Part shown: in pieces, positions 53,065 to 61,944 of the stretch
Position numbering within the stretch: the stretch's first letter is position 1
How the letters are laid out: every line of letters starts with the position of its first letter
NCBI GenBank assembly: GCA_045641205.1
Contig: JAZUGM010000392.1
Location: 2,577-66,576 of the forward strand
Origin: Thermoguttaceae bacterium
GTDB taxonomy: Bacteria > Planctomycetota > Planctomycetia > Pirellulales > Thermoguttaceae
DNA length: 64,000 nt
Direction of reading: 5' to 3'
Position numbers and translations under genes: made by a program
Notes under the pieces: model-generated
Databases searched by the model: none
What the model was told of the DNA's origin: nothing
The model's input: the letters and a program-made list of their open reading frames with translations, nothing else

Positions 53065-55512
53065 CTATTGAAGCGTCGGAGGAGGAACCGATTCGCCGTT
53101 TCGTTGTCTCTCTTGCACTTCGGCGTCGTAAGAACCGTAGAACGGAATATTGGCGTCGAGCCAGAGATAAATCTTTCTCTTGTCTTCTTCCGTCAGTCCC
53201 GTCTTGTCTTTGTGATTTTCGTCTTCAAGAATCGAAGTCAAAGGACTCATATCGGCGCCGCATTCGCCCGGAAGAGAAACGACTTGATTAATGGAAGGCG
53301 GATAGAGCCATTCGTACCAGCGGAGGTACGGCGCCAAATTCTGATAAGAAACGTTGAAACGTCCTTGGGGCTCGCCGGTTAGCGCGGGACTCGCCGATTT
53401 TTCCTCGCCGTCGTGGCAGGAAACGCACGCGCGATCCAAAATCGGCTGGATTAAAATCGGATAGCTAAAGGGCTTGGTTCCTTCGGGACCGGGCGTCAGT
53501 TCGGAAGGCGCGCGATTCAACGCGATACGTCGTTGTTCCGCGTTGTCCGCCGTCGACTGAAGTTGCTCGTGGCAACCGACGCATCCTCGGTTCTCGCTCG
53601 GCTGGAGATAGACTTCGCTCAACATCGTTTGAACCGCCTTGCCCGATTCGTCGACCGCTTGGAAATAGAGCGGCTTGCAAGCGGGCGCCTTGAAGTAGGC
53701 GGAACCGTCCTCTTCAACAGGAACCGTTCCCAAATACATACGCGCGTTTCCGGCGAAATCGTGCCCGATTTTCGGATCCTCGGCGGCGTGCGTCGGAAAC
53801 TTGGGTAAAATTTGGAAGACGCGCAATTCTTTAATTCGTCGATCTTCGGGCATTGGGAAGACGGAATCGTACACGTTGACAAGATTGAACGTACCGTATT
53901 CGGACTCGGAATCGGTCAATTTCGAAGGAATCAGCGCGGGCGTTTCACGTTCCTGAATCGGAAGCGGATAACGACATTCGAATCTGTCGTCTTCGTACAT
54001 CAACTCCAAGTTGCCAAAGCGGTCGCGATAATACAAGCCGGTCTTGCCGTGCCCGATCGTTTCATACGACAACGCGCCGTTAGTCGGCAAGTAACCGCCC
54101 ATCGGATCGTGACTGTACGCGACGAAATAGAAATCTTCCGAGAACGGATAGGGTCCGGAATAATAATGATCGGGAATATGGAAGAATCCTTTGCCATCGG
54201 GCGTTTCCGGGAACGGAATTTCCGGCGTGATGCGTTCGATCGCGTCTAACTTGTCGTGTCCGTCTTCGCCGTAAGCGATTTTGGTCGGATCAAGAATGAC
54301 GAGCGAACCGCCGATACCAAGGTGATGCCCCGCCGCGACGAACATAATTTTTTCAGAATTCGGAATAGGTTCCGGCTGAAGACAAACGCAAACCTCTTCC
54401 GTATAGCTTCCGAAGATAGACGATGCGCTCGTTCCGTCGGGATTTGTCCACCACAAACCTTGAAAACGCGCCGCGTTACGGTCGACGTAATCCCACCGCG
54501 TATAGATCACGCGTCCGTCGTGCAACATAGCGGGCGTCCATTCGTTCGTTTCGTGCCAAGAAAGAGGGATAACTTTCCCGTCGGGCAGTAATTTGTGCAA
54601 CGTTTCCACTTCGATCGGTTCGTACTGTCCGTTACAACGCGCAAAACCGCCGCGACGCATCGAGAGGAAAATCAAACTTCCGTCGGGCGACTGAATAGCG
54701 TCGATGTCGTCGTTCGGTCCGTCGGTGAGTTGGGTCGTCTTGCCCGTCTCTAAATTCATCTTGAATAGATGATATTTGCCGCGCGGTTCCGCCAAGTATT
54801 CGGGCATATGCTTATTGAAATCTTTTTCGTCTCTGATTTCAATCATCGTAACGCGTTCCATATCAAGCGGGTTCGGCGTATGGAACGCGCTCATATCGGC
54901 GTAAGAGAAGTAAATCTCTTTAGCGTCGTAAGACATATTGAGCGTGTTGTAATGCCCGAGGGGAAATTCGCTTGTCAATTCGGTCGTTTCAAAGGAAAAG
55001 CCCGGATTGTTCAAACGAAAGACTCCGCCGCCGCTCAAATTTCCAAAGCGCGCATAATAGGAAAGATATTCCTGCAAAACTTGGAACCCCAGATAGTTCC
55101 CCTTAATAAAGACAAGCGGGACGTCTTTAAAAAGTTCGTTGGCAAAGATCGTGCGACGCGCCTGCCAACGAAGGGAACAATAAGCCGCCTCGCGTTCCTC
55201 TTCGGAGGCGTTCGACAAATCAAGAGCTTTAGTAGCCGCGATTTTATCGCGCAACGCGTCTAATTTTTCGACGTCGCAAAGTTCCTCTTCAGCGAGACGT
55301 TCGACGACCGCCTCAAGTCGACCGATCAAGTCGTTCAACGCATCGGGCGAGTCGATCGAGCGATCAAGATGCGCTTCTTGTCGCTTCCAATCGTTGACGA
55401 TACGCGACTCAAAAAGAGGCGAAGAAACGCCCGAGTCGGCCGCTAAAGAGACGGCGACTGAAAACGACGCCAAGCTGAACGCCGCTAAAAACAATCTTAG
55501 ACAAAATTTCAT
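53065..55512 (-). CDS. secreted beta-propeller protein with C-terminal di-haem c (2x CXXCH) domain; HzsA-related architecture
   Basis: Signal MKFCLRLFLAAFSLASFSVAVSLA. TolB-like propeller strings (QLTDGPNDDIDAIQSPDGSLIFLSMRRGG). CVGCH at 53569-53583 and CVSCH at 53413-53427, followed by a PSCyt-like tail (LTEEDKRKIYLWLDANIPFYG). Confidence 0.7.
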   Translation of the reverse strand: MKFCLRLFLAAFSLASFSVAVSLAADSGVSSPLFESRIVNDWKRQEAHLDRSIDSPDALNDLIGRLEAVVERLAEEELCDVEKLDALRDKIAATKALDLSNASEEEREAAYCSLRWQARRTIFANELFKDVPLVFIKGNYLGFQVLQEYLSYYARFGNLSGGGVFRLNNPGFSFETTELTSEFPLGHYNTLNMSYDAKEIYFSYADMSAFHTPNPLDMERVTMIEIRDEKDFNKHMPEYLAEPRGKYHLFKMNLETGKTTQLTDGPNDDIDAIQSPDGSLIFLSMRRGGFARCNGQYEPIEVETLHKLLPDGKVIPLSWHETNEWTPAMLHDGRVIYTRWDYVDRNAARFQGLWWTNPDGTSASSIFGSYTEEVCVCLQPEPIPNSEKIMFVAAGHHLGIGGSLVILDPTKIAYGEDGHDKLDAIERITPEIPFPETPDGKGFFHIPDHYYSGPYPFSEDFYFVAYSHDPMGGYLPTNGALSYETIGHGKTGLYYRDRFGNLELMYEDDRFECRYPLPIQERETPALIPSKLTDSESEYGTFNLVNVYDSVFPMPEDRRIKELRVFQILPKFPTHAAEDPKIGHDFAGNARMYLGTVPVEEDGSAYFKAPACKPLYFQAVDESGKAVQTMLSEVYLQPSENRGCVGCHEQLQSTADNAEQRRIALNRAPSELTPGPEGTKPFSYPILIQPILDRACVSCHDGEEKSASPALTGEPQGRFNVSYQNLAPYLRWYEWLYPPSINQVVSLPGECGADMSPLTSILEDENHKDKTGLTEEDKRKIYLWLDANIPFYGSYDAEVQERQRNGESVPPPTLQ

Positions 55513-55788
55513 AAGTTTTCCTCAGCGACCTCGCAAACGCGTCGGTCGACGTCAATTTCGTTAAATGTTCGTCCGCGCGCCCACCGCGCGCCCAAAGTAT
55601 TGTAACTTGTGAAAATATATATTGCAAGAGCCTAACGAAAGGAAAACGTCGATTTCAAATAAAGGAGCGTTAAAAAAGAGACAATCTCGCGCGGTTTCGT
55701 TATATTCAAAAAATCAACAATATCCATCCCTATTGTCGCATACGTCAATCCTCAAACGACCGGCGACATTAATTTTTCAAGGGAGGCG

Positions 55789-55817
55789 TTCAAAAAATAG
55801 CGCAAGCGCCGTATAAT
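55789..55817 (+). promoter_or_regulatory. sigma70-like promoter candidate for cmk
   Basis: TTCAAA-17 nt-TATAAT, about 60 nt upstream of GTG 55880. Confidence 0.35.
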
Positions 55818-55879
55818 AACAATCAGGAAACGAACGACGCCTCGTTCAAACACGCCTTGAAGCAAAACAGGACAAAAAC

Positions 55880-56572
55880 GTGGAAAACAACGTTAAAACG
55901 TCGCTCGACGTCGTAACGGTCGACGGACCGGCCGGCGCGGGCAAAAGCGTCGCGACCAAAGCGCTTGCGTCGCGACTAGGAATCGAATATCTTAATACGG
56001 GCGCGATGTACCGCGCGATCGCGTTGCGCGCGCTTCGCGACGGAATCGATCTAAACGACGAATCGGCGCTAACGGACGTCGCGCGTAATTCGAAAATTGA
56101 AACGCGGGACGGGCGAACCTTTCTTGACGGCGAAGACGTGACGGACGCAGTTCGCGCTTCGGAAGTCTCGCGCGCGGTTCGTTTTCCGGCCAACGCGCCT
56201 TCCGTTCGCGCAATAATGGTCAAATTACAACGTCAAATCGGTTGCGCTCGTCCCGTCGCGACGGAAGGACGCGATCAGGGAACGGTCGTCTTTCCCGACG
56301 CGCGTTGTAAATTCTACCTGACGGCGACGCCCGAAGAACGCGCGCGAAGACGTCTTGGCGAGTTAGTCGCGCGCGGTCAGGCGGCGCCCTTAGAAGAAAT
56401 TTTAGCGCAAATAGTCGAACGCGACCGTCTCGATTCCGAGCGAGAAGTCGGTCCGCTTCGCGAACCTCAAGACTCGATTCGTCTGGAAACGGACGGTCTA
56501 TCGATCGATCAAGTCGTCGACGAAATGGAAAGTTTCGCGCGCGCGCGACTTTCCATTTTCAACGCGCGTTAA
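55880..56572 (+). CDS. cmk: cytidylate kinase
   Basis: VVTVDGPAGAGKSVATKALASRLGIEYLNTGAMYRA.., TEGRDQGTVVFPDA, FYLTATPEERARRR. Confidence 0.9.
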   Translation: MENNVKTSLDVVTVDGPAGAGKSVATKALASRLGIEYLNTGAMYRAIALRALRDGIDLNDESALTDVARNSKIETRDGRTFLDGEDVTDAVRASEVSRAVRFPANAPSVRAIMVKLQRQIGCARPVATEGRDQGTVVFPDARCKFYLTATPEERARRRLGELVARGQAAPLEEILAQIVERDRLDSEREVGPLREPQDSIRLETDGLSIDQVVDEMESFARARLSIFNAR

Positions 56573-56616
56573 ACGCGTCGTCAAATTTTATATCCCGTTT
56601 CAACAAGGATTTATCA

Positions 56617-57501
56617 ATGAAAACAGTTCGTTTTTTATCGTTTCTGAGCGCATCGTCGTTCTTTTCCGTCGCCTCGCTGTTCCTGTTTCTCGGCGCCGTC
56701 TCGCAAGCCGACGAACCCAACGTCCCGCAAACTGTGAAAACCAACGACGGACGCGAGTTGAAACTCGTTTGGAACGACGAATTCAACGGCGAAGGCTTGC
56801 CCGATCCGTCCAAATGGAGTTACGAAGTCGGCTACGTCCGTAACAACGAAGCGCAATATTATACCGACGCGCGATTGGAAAACGTCTGTCAAAAGGACGG
56901 AAATCTCGTTATCACGACGCTGAAAGAAAAGTATTCGCTCGAAGGCAAGAAGAATACGAAAGGACGCGCGGAAGCCGAGTATACGTCGGGCGCGATCGAA
57001 ACGCTTGGAAAAGCGTCTTGGCTGTACGGACGCGTCGAAGTTCGCGCCAAATTGCCTAAAGGCAAGGGAATTTGGCCCGCTATCTGGATGATGGGCGACA
57101 ATATCGGCAAGGTCGGCTATCCCAAATGCGGCGAAATCGACGTTATGGAATACGTGGGGCATACGCCCAAGCGTTCCCACGCTACGATTCATATGCAAAA
57201 CAAAGACAATCTTCGAGGCGTCGTCAGCAAGGGCAAGAACCTCTTCTTTGAAAATCTCGAAGAAGAATTTCATGTCTTCGCGCTCGAATGGACGGAAGAA
57301 CAACTAACGATTCTCGTCGACGAACAAGTCGCTTTGGAATTCAAACGCGCTGAAGAAGCGCCGAAAACGCCCGAATGGCCCTTTGACAAGCCTTGTTATA
57401 TCATTTTAAACACGGCGCTCGGAGGTTCTTGGGGCGGCGCGATCGCCGAGGATACTTGTCCGGCGGAATTTCTTATCGACTATGTTCGCGTCTACCAATG
57501 A
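56617..57501 (+). CDS. secreted glycoside hydrolase family 16 (beta-glucanase/laminarinase-like)
   Basis: Signal peptide. LVWNDEFNGEG, SKWSYEVG, NNEAQYYT, YTSGAIET, GIWPAIWMMG and the catalytic GEIDVMEY (E-x-D-x-x-E). Confidence 0.88.
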   Translation: MKTVRFLSFLSASSFFSVASLFLFLGAVSQADEPNVPQTVKTNDGRELKLVWNDEFNGEGLPDPSKWSYEVGYVRNNEAQYYTDARLENVCQKDGNLVITTLKEKYSLEGKKNTKGRAEAEYTSGAIETLGKASWLYGRVEVRAKLPKGKGIWPAIWMMGDNIGKVGYPKCGEIDVMEYVGHTPKRSHATIHMQNKDNLRGVVSKGKNLFFENLEEEFHVFALEWTEEQLTILVDEQVALEFKRAEEAPKTPEWPFDKPCYIILNTALGGSWGGAIAEDTCPAEFLIDYVRVYQ

Positions 57502-57537
57502 TCCAACTGCAAGCGCCGCGTTCAACAACGGGGCGCG

Positions 57538-58581
57538 TCAGTACTGAATCTTAGGAAATCCCGCTTCGTCAAATTCGACGTAACGCCAAAAGACTTCTCG
57601 ATTCCAACCCGGTTCGCGGTTTGTTTTGGCGTGATAGTAGTAACGCGTCTTTCCTTCTTTGTCGCGTATGAAGGAGCCGTGTCCAATCCCGAATTGGAAT
57701 TCGTCGCTTTGGAAAAACGGCTCCGAAAATTTCTTCCACGAATTAGGATCAAGCGGATTCTCGCCGACCAATTCCAGCATTCCAACCTTATAAGTCGGCA
57801 ACCAACTGGCGCCGCACGAATAAGTCAAAAAAACGCGTCCGTTTGGCGCCTTTAAAATCTCGGGACCTTCGCATAAACCGCGCGTTCCTTCCCGTTCTTC
57901 GACGCGTTCCCAAAGATAATCGTCATTCGCGCAAATACGAACGCGCGCGCCGTCGGTCTGCGTCAAATCTTCCGCCATAGGAGCAATATAAAGATATTGG
58001 ACGTCTTTCTCGTCCTCCCAGCCCGACCATATGAGATAACGTTTTCCTCGATGTTCAAAGAACGTCGAATCGATCGCCCAACGGTTCTTCGTTTTCCCTT
58101 CAAAATCGTCGCCGGTATAGAGAGGTCCGAAGAGCGCGTACTTTGAATAGGGATCGTCCGTTTCGGAAACAAGAACGTAAGTCTTGTGATTTGCGTTTTG
58201 TCCGTTGTCGGCGGCAAAAAAAACATAATATCGACCGTCGACAAACCAAATTTCCGGCGCCCAAAGTTCGCGCGAAAAAGCGCCGCGTCTTGGAGCTTGC
58301 CATATGCTTCTTTTGACGCCGGGCGAATCGAGCGATTCGGATTCCCAAAGCCATATCTCGCGCGTTGAATTATTCGACTGACTCCAGTAATATTTTCCTT
58401 GGTTCTCAATTACCCAAGGATCGGCGCCTTTACGCAAATAATTCGGTTTCGAACGTTCAGTCAAACCGTCGTTCTCCTGCGCAAACGTAAAGACGTCGGA
58501 AACGAACAAAAACGTCAGCGCGACGCCCAACGTCAACGCGTAAAAGCGTCCAAACTCTAAACGATTAGCTCGATCGATCAT
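57538..58581 (-). CDS. secreted glycoside hydrolase family 43
   Basis: Strong RBS GGAAGGAGAG; signal peptide. GADPWVIENQGKYYW, LWAPEIWFVDGRYYVFFAA, AIDSTFFEH and CEGPEILK are five-bladed-propeller GH43 blocks. Confidence 0.85.
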   Translation of the reverse strand: MIDRANRLEFGRFYALTLGVALTFLFVSDVFTFAQENDGLTERSKPNYLRKGADPWVIENQGKYYWSQSNNSTREIWLWESESLDSPGVKRSIWQAPRRGAFSRELWAPEIWFVDGRYYVFFAADNGQNANHKTYVLVSETDDPYSKYALFGPLYTGDDFEGKTKNRWAIDSTFFEHRGKRYLIWSGWEDEKDVQYLYIAPMAEDLTQTDGARVRICANDDYLWERVEEREGTRGLCEGPEILKAPNGRVFLTYSCGASWLPTYKVGMLELVGENPLDPNSWKKFSEPFFQSDEFQFGIGHGSFIRDKEGKTRYYYHAKTNREPGWNREVFWRYVEFDEAGFPKIQY

Positions 58582-59148
58582 TTTATTCTCTCCTTCCGAA
58601 ACGACGCCGGTCTTGTCGTTCCAAGTCTGTTGATTTCAAATCCAAACGTCGCCTCTTCCATAATGGAACGTTAGTTCAAATAAAACGTTTGTATTGATAA
58701 CTAATGTTAAAACGTTTAAAAAGATTGACAAGACGGGAGAAAACGTCGTTTTACAGAAAAAACAAGTTGTTAAAACAAAAAAACTACATAGAATACGCAA
58801 GACAATGAAAACTTGTCAAAACTACTATTTTGACGTTTTCCTAGTTCGCGTCGTACTTGTCCTTTTTAAAGAGTTCGTTTCGCCTTGAGAAACAATTTAC
58901 TTTTCCTTATATATTTTGCGACGCGTCTGACAAAATTAGCAGTAAAACAATGTTTGACGATTATTTATTTTCCGCAGTTTTCATCGCATAATTTATCTGT
59001 AACCAACAAAGCGAGAAAGAGCCGTCGGTATTGTTTCGATCGAGGTTATTGACGTTGAGAGACGTTTCAAAACTGCCGATAAACGACAAAGAGACGCAAG
59101 GCGGCGTCTGGAAAATAAGTATAAACGACGAACAGGAGCGACGTTTCA

Positions 59149-61167
59149 ATGGAACGCGATTTCGACGATTACGACAAGGAGGATTTCTTCGGTTCCTCTT
59201 ACGTCGATTCGGAGCGATACGACGGCGACTCGGCGTTTTTAAACGATTATTCTTTTGACGAAGACGGCGGCGCTTTCTTCGATCGTCCCCGCGAAGAATT
59301 ATGCGAACGCGAATACGAGCCGTTCAGAAACAATTTCGGAACAAACGTCGACGATTCGGACGTTTTCGACGATCCCATTCGAATTTATCTAGTTCAAATG
59401 GGGGACATTCCGATGTTGACGCGAAAGGAAGAGCGCGAAGCGGCGACTAAAATAGAAAAAACGCGCAGACGATTCCGAAACGTCGCTTTGCGTTTAGACT
59501 GCGTTCTACGCGATTCCGTCCTCTTACTTGAAAAGGTCAAAAAAGGACGCGCGCGTCTTGACAGAACCTTCGACGTGTCCGTCGCCGATTTAGACGCTAA
59601 AAAACGCCTTCTTGCGACGCTCGAGCCGACGATACAAACGTTAAAGCATATCCTCGCAAGAAATCGCGCCGATTTTCTCGCGTCTAAAGCGTCCAAAACA
59701 ACGCGCGAGGAAAGGCGCCTTTTGCGTCGCGCAATCTACGAACGACGTATGCGCGCCGCAAGATTGCTTAACGAACTAGAATTGAGAACGCAAGCGATCG
59801 TTCCTTTTCTGGACAAACTTGTTAGTCAGAACGAAAAAACACAAAAATGCCTCGAACGCGCGCGCGAATTGCGTCGCGCGTTGAAACGTTGCGACGCCGT
59901 GTCGACGAACGACGATCTTTCGTCCAAGGACGTTTGGAACCTAGAGGGCGGTTGGAAACGGGAGTCCGTCGCCGTTCGACCTACGCGTTTTGTGGATTCG
60001 ACTTATTCGTCGACTTATTCGTCCTCTTTGCAATACGGGGAGACTTCGCTTTCTCCCAACGGAGTCGCCTATCGAAATTTCGACCGACAAAACGCCGGGC
60101 AAGTCGAGCAAACTTTCAACGACGTCCTTTTATTAAGCGATCCGTTGGAACTAGAAGACGCGCGCGACGAATATAGGCGTCTTATGCGGTATTTGCGCAA
60201 ACGACGCGTCGTCGCAAACGATTCGTTGCGCGCGTCCGCGCGTCGTTTGGAACTTGCAACTCGTCGACGACGCGAATTCGAAGGCGCTAAACGCGCGTTT
60301 TCCGCCGGCAATCTGCGATTGGTCGTGAGTATTGCAAAGCGTTATCGCAACCGCGGCTTAGGTTTCCTCGATCTGATTCAAGAAGGCAATACGGGTCTTA
60401 TGCGCGCGGTCGACAAATTCGAGTATCGCCGCGGCTACAAATTCTCGACCTATGCGACGTGGTGGATTCGTCAGGCGATTTCCAAGGCGCTCGCGGAACA
60501 ATGCCGCGCCATTCGCATACCGAATCACTTAATTGAAACAATCAAAACCGTTCGTAAAACGACCCGCGAATTGTCGCGACGTTCGCAACTGACGCCGACG
60601 CAACAGGAAATAGCGCGCGTTTCGGGCTTGTCCTTAAGCGAGATTCGCGCCGCCGTTCAGGTTTCCCGACCGCCTCTTTCTCTCGACCGACCCGTCGAAG
60701 GTTGCGAAGAAAGTTTCTTTGGCGATTTCCTAGAAGATCCTAAACGAAACGATCCGTTGATCGAAATCAATCGCGTCGCGTTGCGCGAAAGACTCGACGA
60801 AGCGCTGACGGCGTTGTCGTTCCGTGAACGCGAGATTATTCGACTTCGATTCGGACTTGCGGACGGATACGCCTACACGCTGGAAGAAGTCGGGCAAATA
60901 TTCAAAGTAACGCGCGAACGCGTGCGTCAAATCGAGGCGAAAGCAGTTCGAAAGTTGCAACATCCCGCGCGATCGCGCTCTTTGAGCGGTTTTATCGAAG
61001 ACGCCTCGGGTCAAGTCTCGAAAGAAATTCGTTCCGACGTTCGCGCGGAAACCGTCGACGACGCGGCGCCGAATCAGTCTAGCGAATTGACCAACGCCAA
61101 CGTTCCTCCGTCGGCTTTTTCCGCGACTTCTTTTGTCGGGTCTACGACGATTTGCGCCGGCGTTTGA
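59149..61167 (+). CDS. rpoD: primary-type RNA polymerase sigma-70 factor with long non-conserved insert and C-terminal extension
   Basis: Region 1.2 is [20 protein letters not shown]. Region 2 is [37 protein letters not shown]. Region 3 is [10 protein letters not shown]. Region 4.2 is [31 protein letters not shown]. 672 aa. Confidence 0.88.
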   Translation: MERDFDDYDKEDFFGSSYVDSERYDGDSAFLNDYSFDEDGGAFFDRPREELCEREYEPFRNNFGTNVDDSDVFDDPIRIYLVQMGDIPMLTRKEEREAATKIEKTRRRFRNVALRLDCVLRDSVLLLEKVKKGRARLDRTFDVSVADLDAKKRLLATLEPTIQTLKHILARNRADFLASKASKTTREERRLLRRAIYERRMRAARLLNELELRTQAIVPFLDKLVSQNEKTQKCLERARELRRALKRCDAVSTNDDLSSKDVWNLEGGWKRESVAVRPTRFVDSTYSSTYSSSLQYGETSLSPNGVAYRNFDRQNAGQVEQTFNDVLLLSDPLELEDARDEYRRLMRYLRKRRVVANDSLRASARRLELATRRRREFEGAKRAFSAGNLRLVVSIAKRYRNRGLGFLDLIQEGNTGLMRAVDKFEYRRGYKFSTYATWWIRQAISKALAEQCRAIRIPNHLIETIKTVRKTTRELSRRSQLTPTQQEIARVSGLSLSEIRAAVQVSRPPLSLDRPVEGCEESFFGDFLEDPKRNDPLIEINRVALRERLDEALTALSFREREIIRLRFGLADGYAYTLEEVGQIFKVTRERVRQIEAKAVRKLQHPARSRSLSGFIEDASGQVSKEIRSDVRAETVDDAAPNQSSELTNANVPPSAFSATSFVGSTTICAGV

Positions 61168-61181
61168 GTTTTAGCGCGCAT

Positions 61182-61229
61182 AAGCCGTTGAGCGTCGCGC
61201 GTTCAACGGCTTAAATCTTATTTTTTTTT
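61182..61229 (+). terminator. intrinsic terminator after the sigma factor gene
   Basis: Perfect 10-bp stem aagccgttga / tcaacggctt, then a 10-nt T-run a few nt downstream. Confidence 0.55.
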
Positions 61230-61374
61230 CTTTGACGATATTGAAAAAAAAAGAGTTTTCCCTCATAATAGGAACGGCGGTCGGTCGACGATTCGTTTTC
61301 TTAGGTTTTGGAAAACTCCAAGGGTTGAAACGCGTCGACAAATCGTTTGTTTTATTAGAAGGAAACGCGCACCA

Positions 61375-61893
61375 ATGCCTCGTCGAAGAATCTTTGTCGC
61401 CAAGAATGAAGTTAAATTGCAAATGACGTCGATGATCGACGTCGTTTTCTTGTTGCTCGCGTTTTTTGTCGTTACGTACAAAACGCCGGAAGTAGAAGGA
61501 GACTTTAACATACGAATGCCGGTAGAAGCGCAGTCCAATCAAGCGCCCAATCTTGACGACCTTGCGCCGGTTACGGTGCGTCTAACGGCCGACGGCGACG
61601 GCAAACTTTCCGGCATTCGCTTTGGCGACGCCGCAGTTTCCGATATGAACGGCTTGCGCGGCGCAGTTTATCGTTACGTCAATCAGAACGAAGTTTCGTA
61701 CCGCGACGCGCTCGCAAACGGCGGGTCGCCCGAATTTCGAGACGATCTTGAAATCGAACTCGATTGCGATTCGCAGTTGCGCTATCGCTACGCGGTCGAA
61801 GCGATAACCGCAGTTACCGGTTATTTAAATTCCGACGATCAAATCGTTAAAATGGTCGATCGCGTGAAGTTTGCGCCTCCTAAAAACATTTGA
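61375..61893 (+). CDS. ExbD/TolR family biopolymer transport protein
   Basis: LQMTSMIDVVFLLLAFFVVTY is the ExbD TM signature. 172 aa; no ExbB/TolQ partner in the window. Confidence 0.85.
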   Translation: MPRRRIFVAKNEVKLQMTSMIDVVFLLLAFFVVTYKTPEVEGDFNIRMPVEAQSNQAPNLDDLAPVTVRLTADGDGKLSGIRFGDAAVSDMNGLRGAVYRYVNQNEVSYRDALANGGSPEFRDDLEIELDCDSQLRYRYAVEAITAVTGYLNSDDQIVKMVDRVKFAPPKNI

Positions 61894-61944
61894 AGTCGTT
61901 TTCTTTTTCTCTCGTCCGCGTCGATTTTTTCGGAGTGAAAAGCG

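Noticed and set aside
53065-55512. Evidence for anammox metabolism from the HzsA-like protein
   Set aside because: It is an architecture-level resemblance only. No hzsB/hzsC, hydrazine dehydrogenase or other anammox genes are nearby, and the neighbours are glycoside-hydrolase-type genes.
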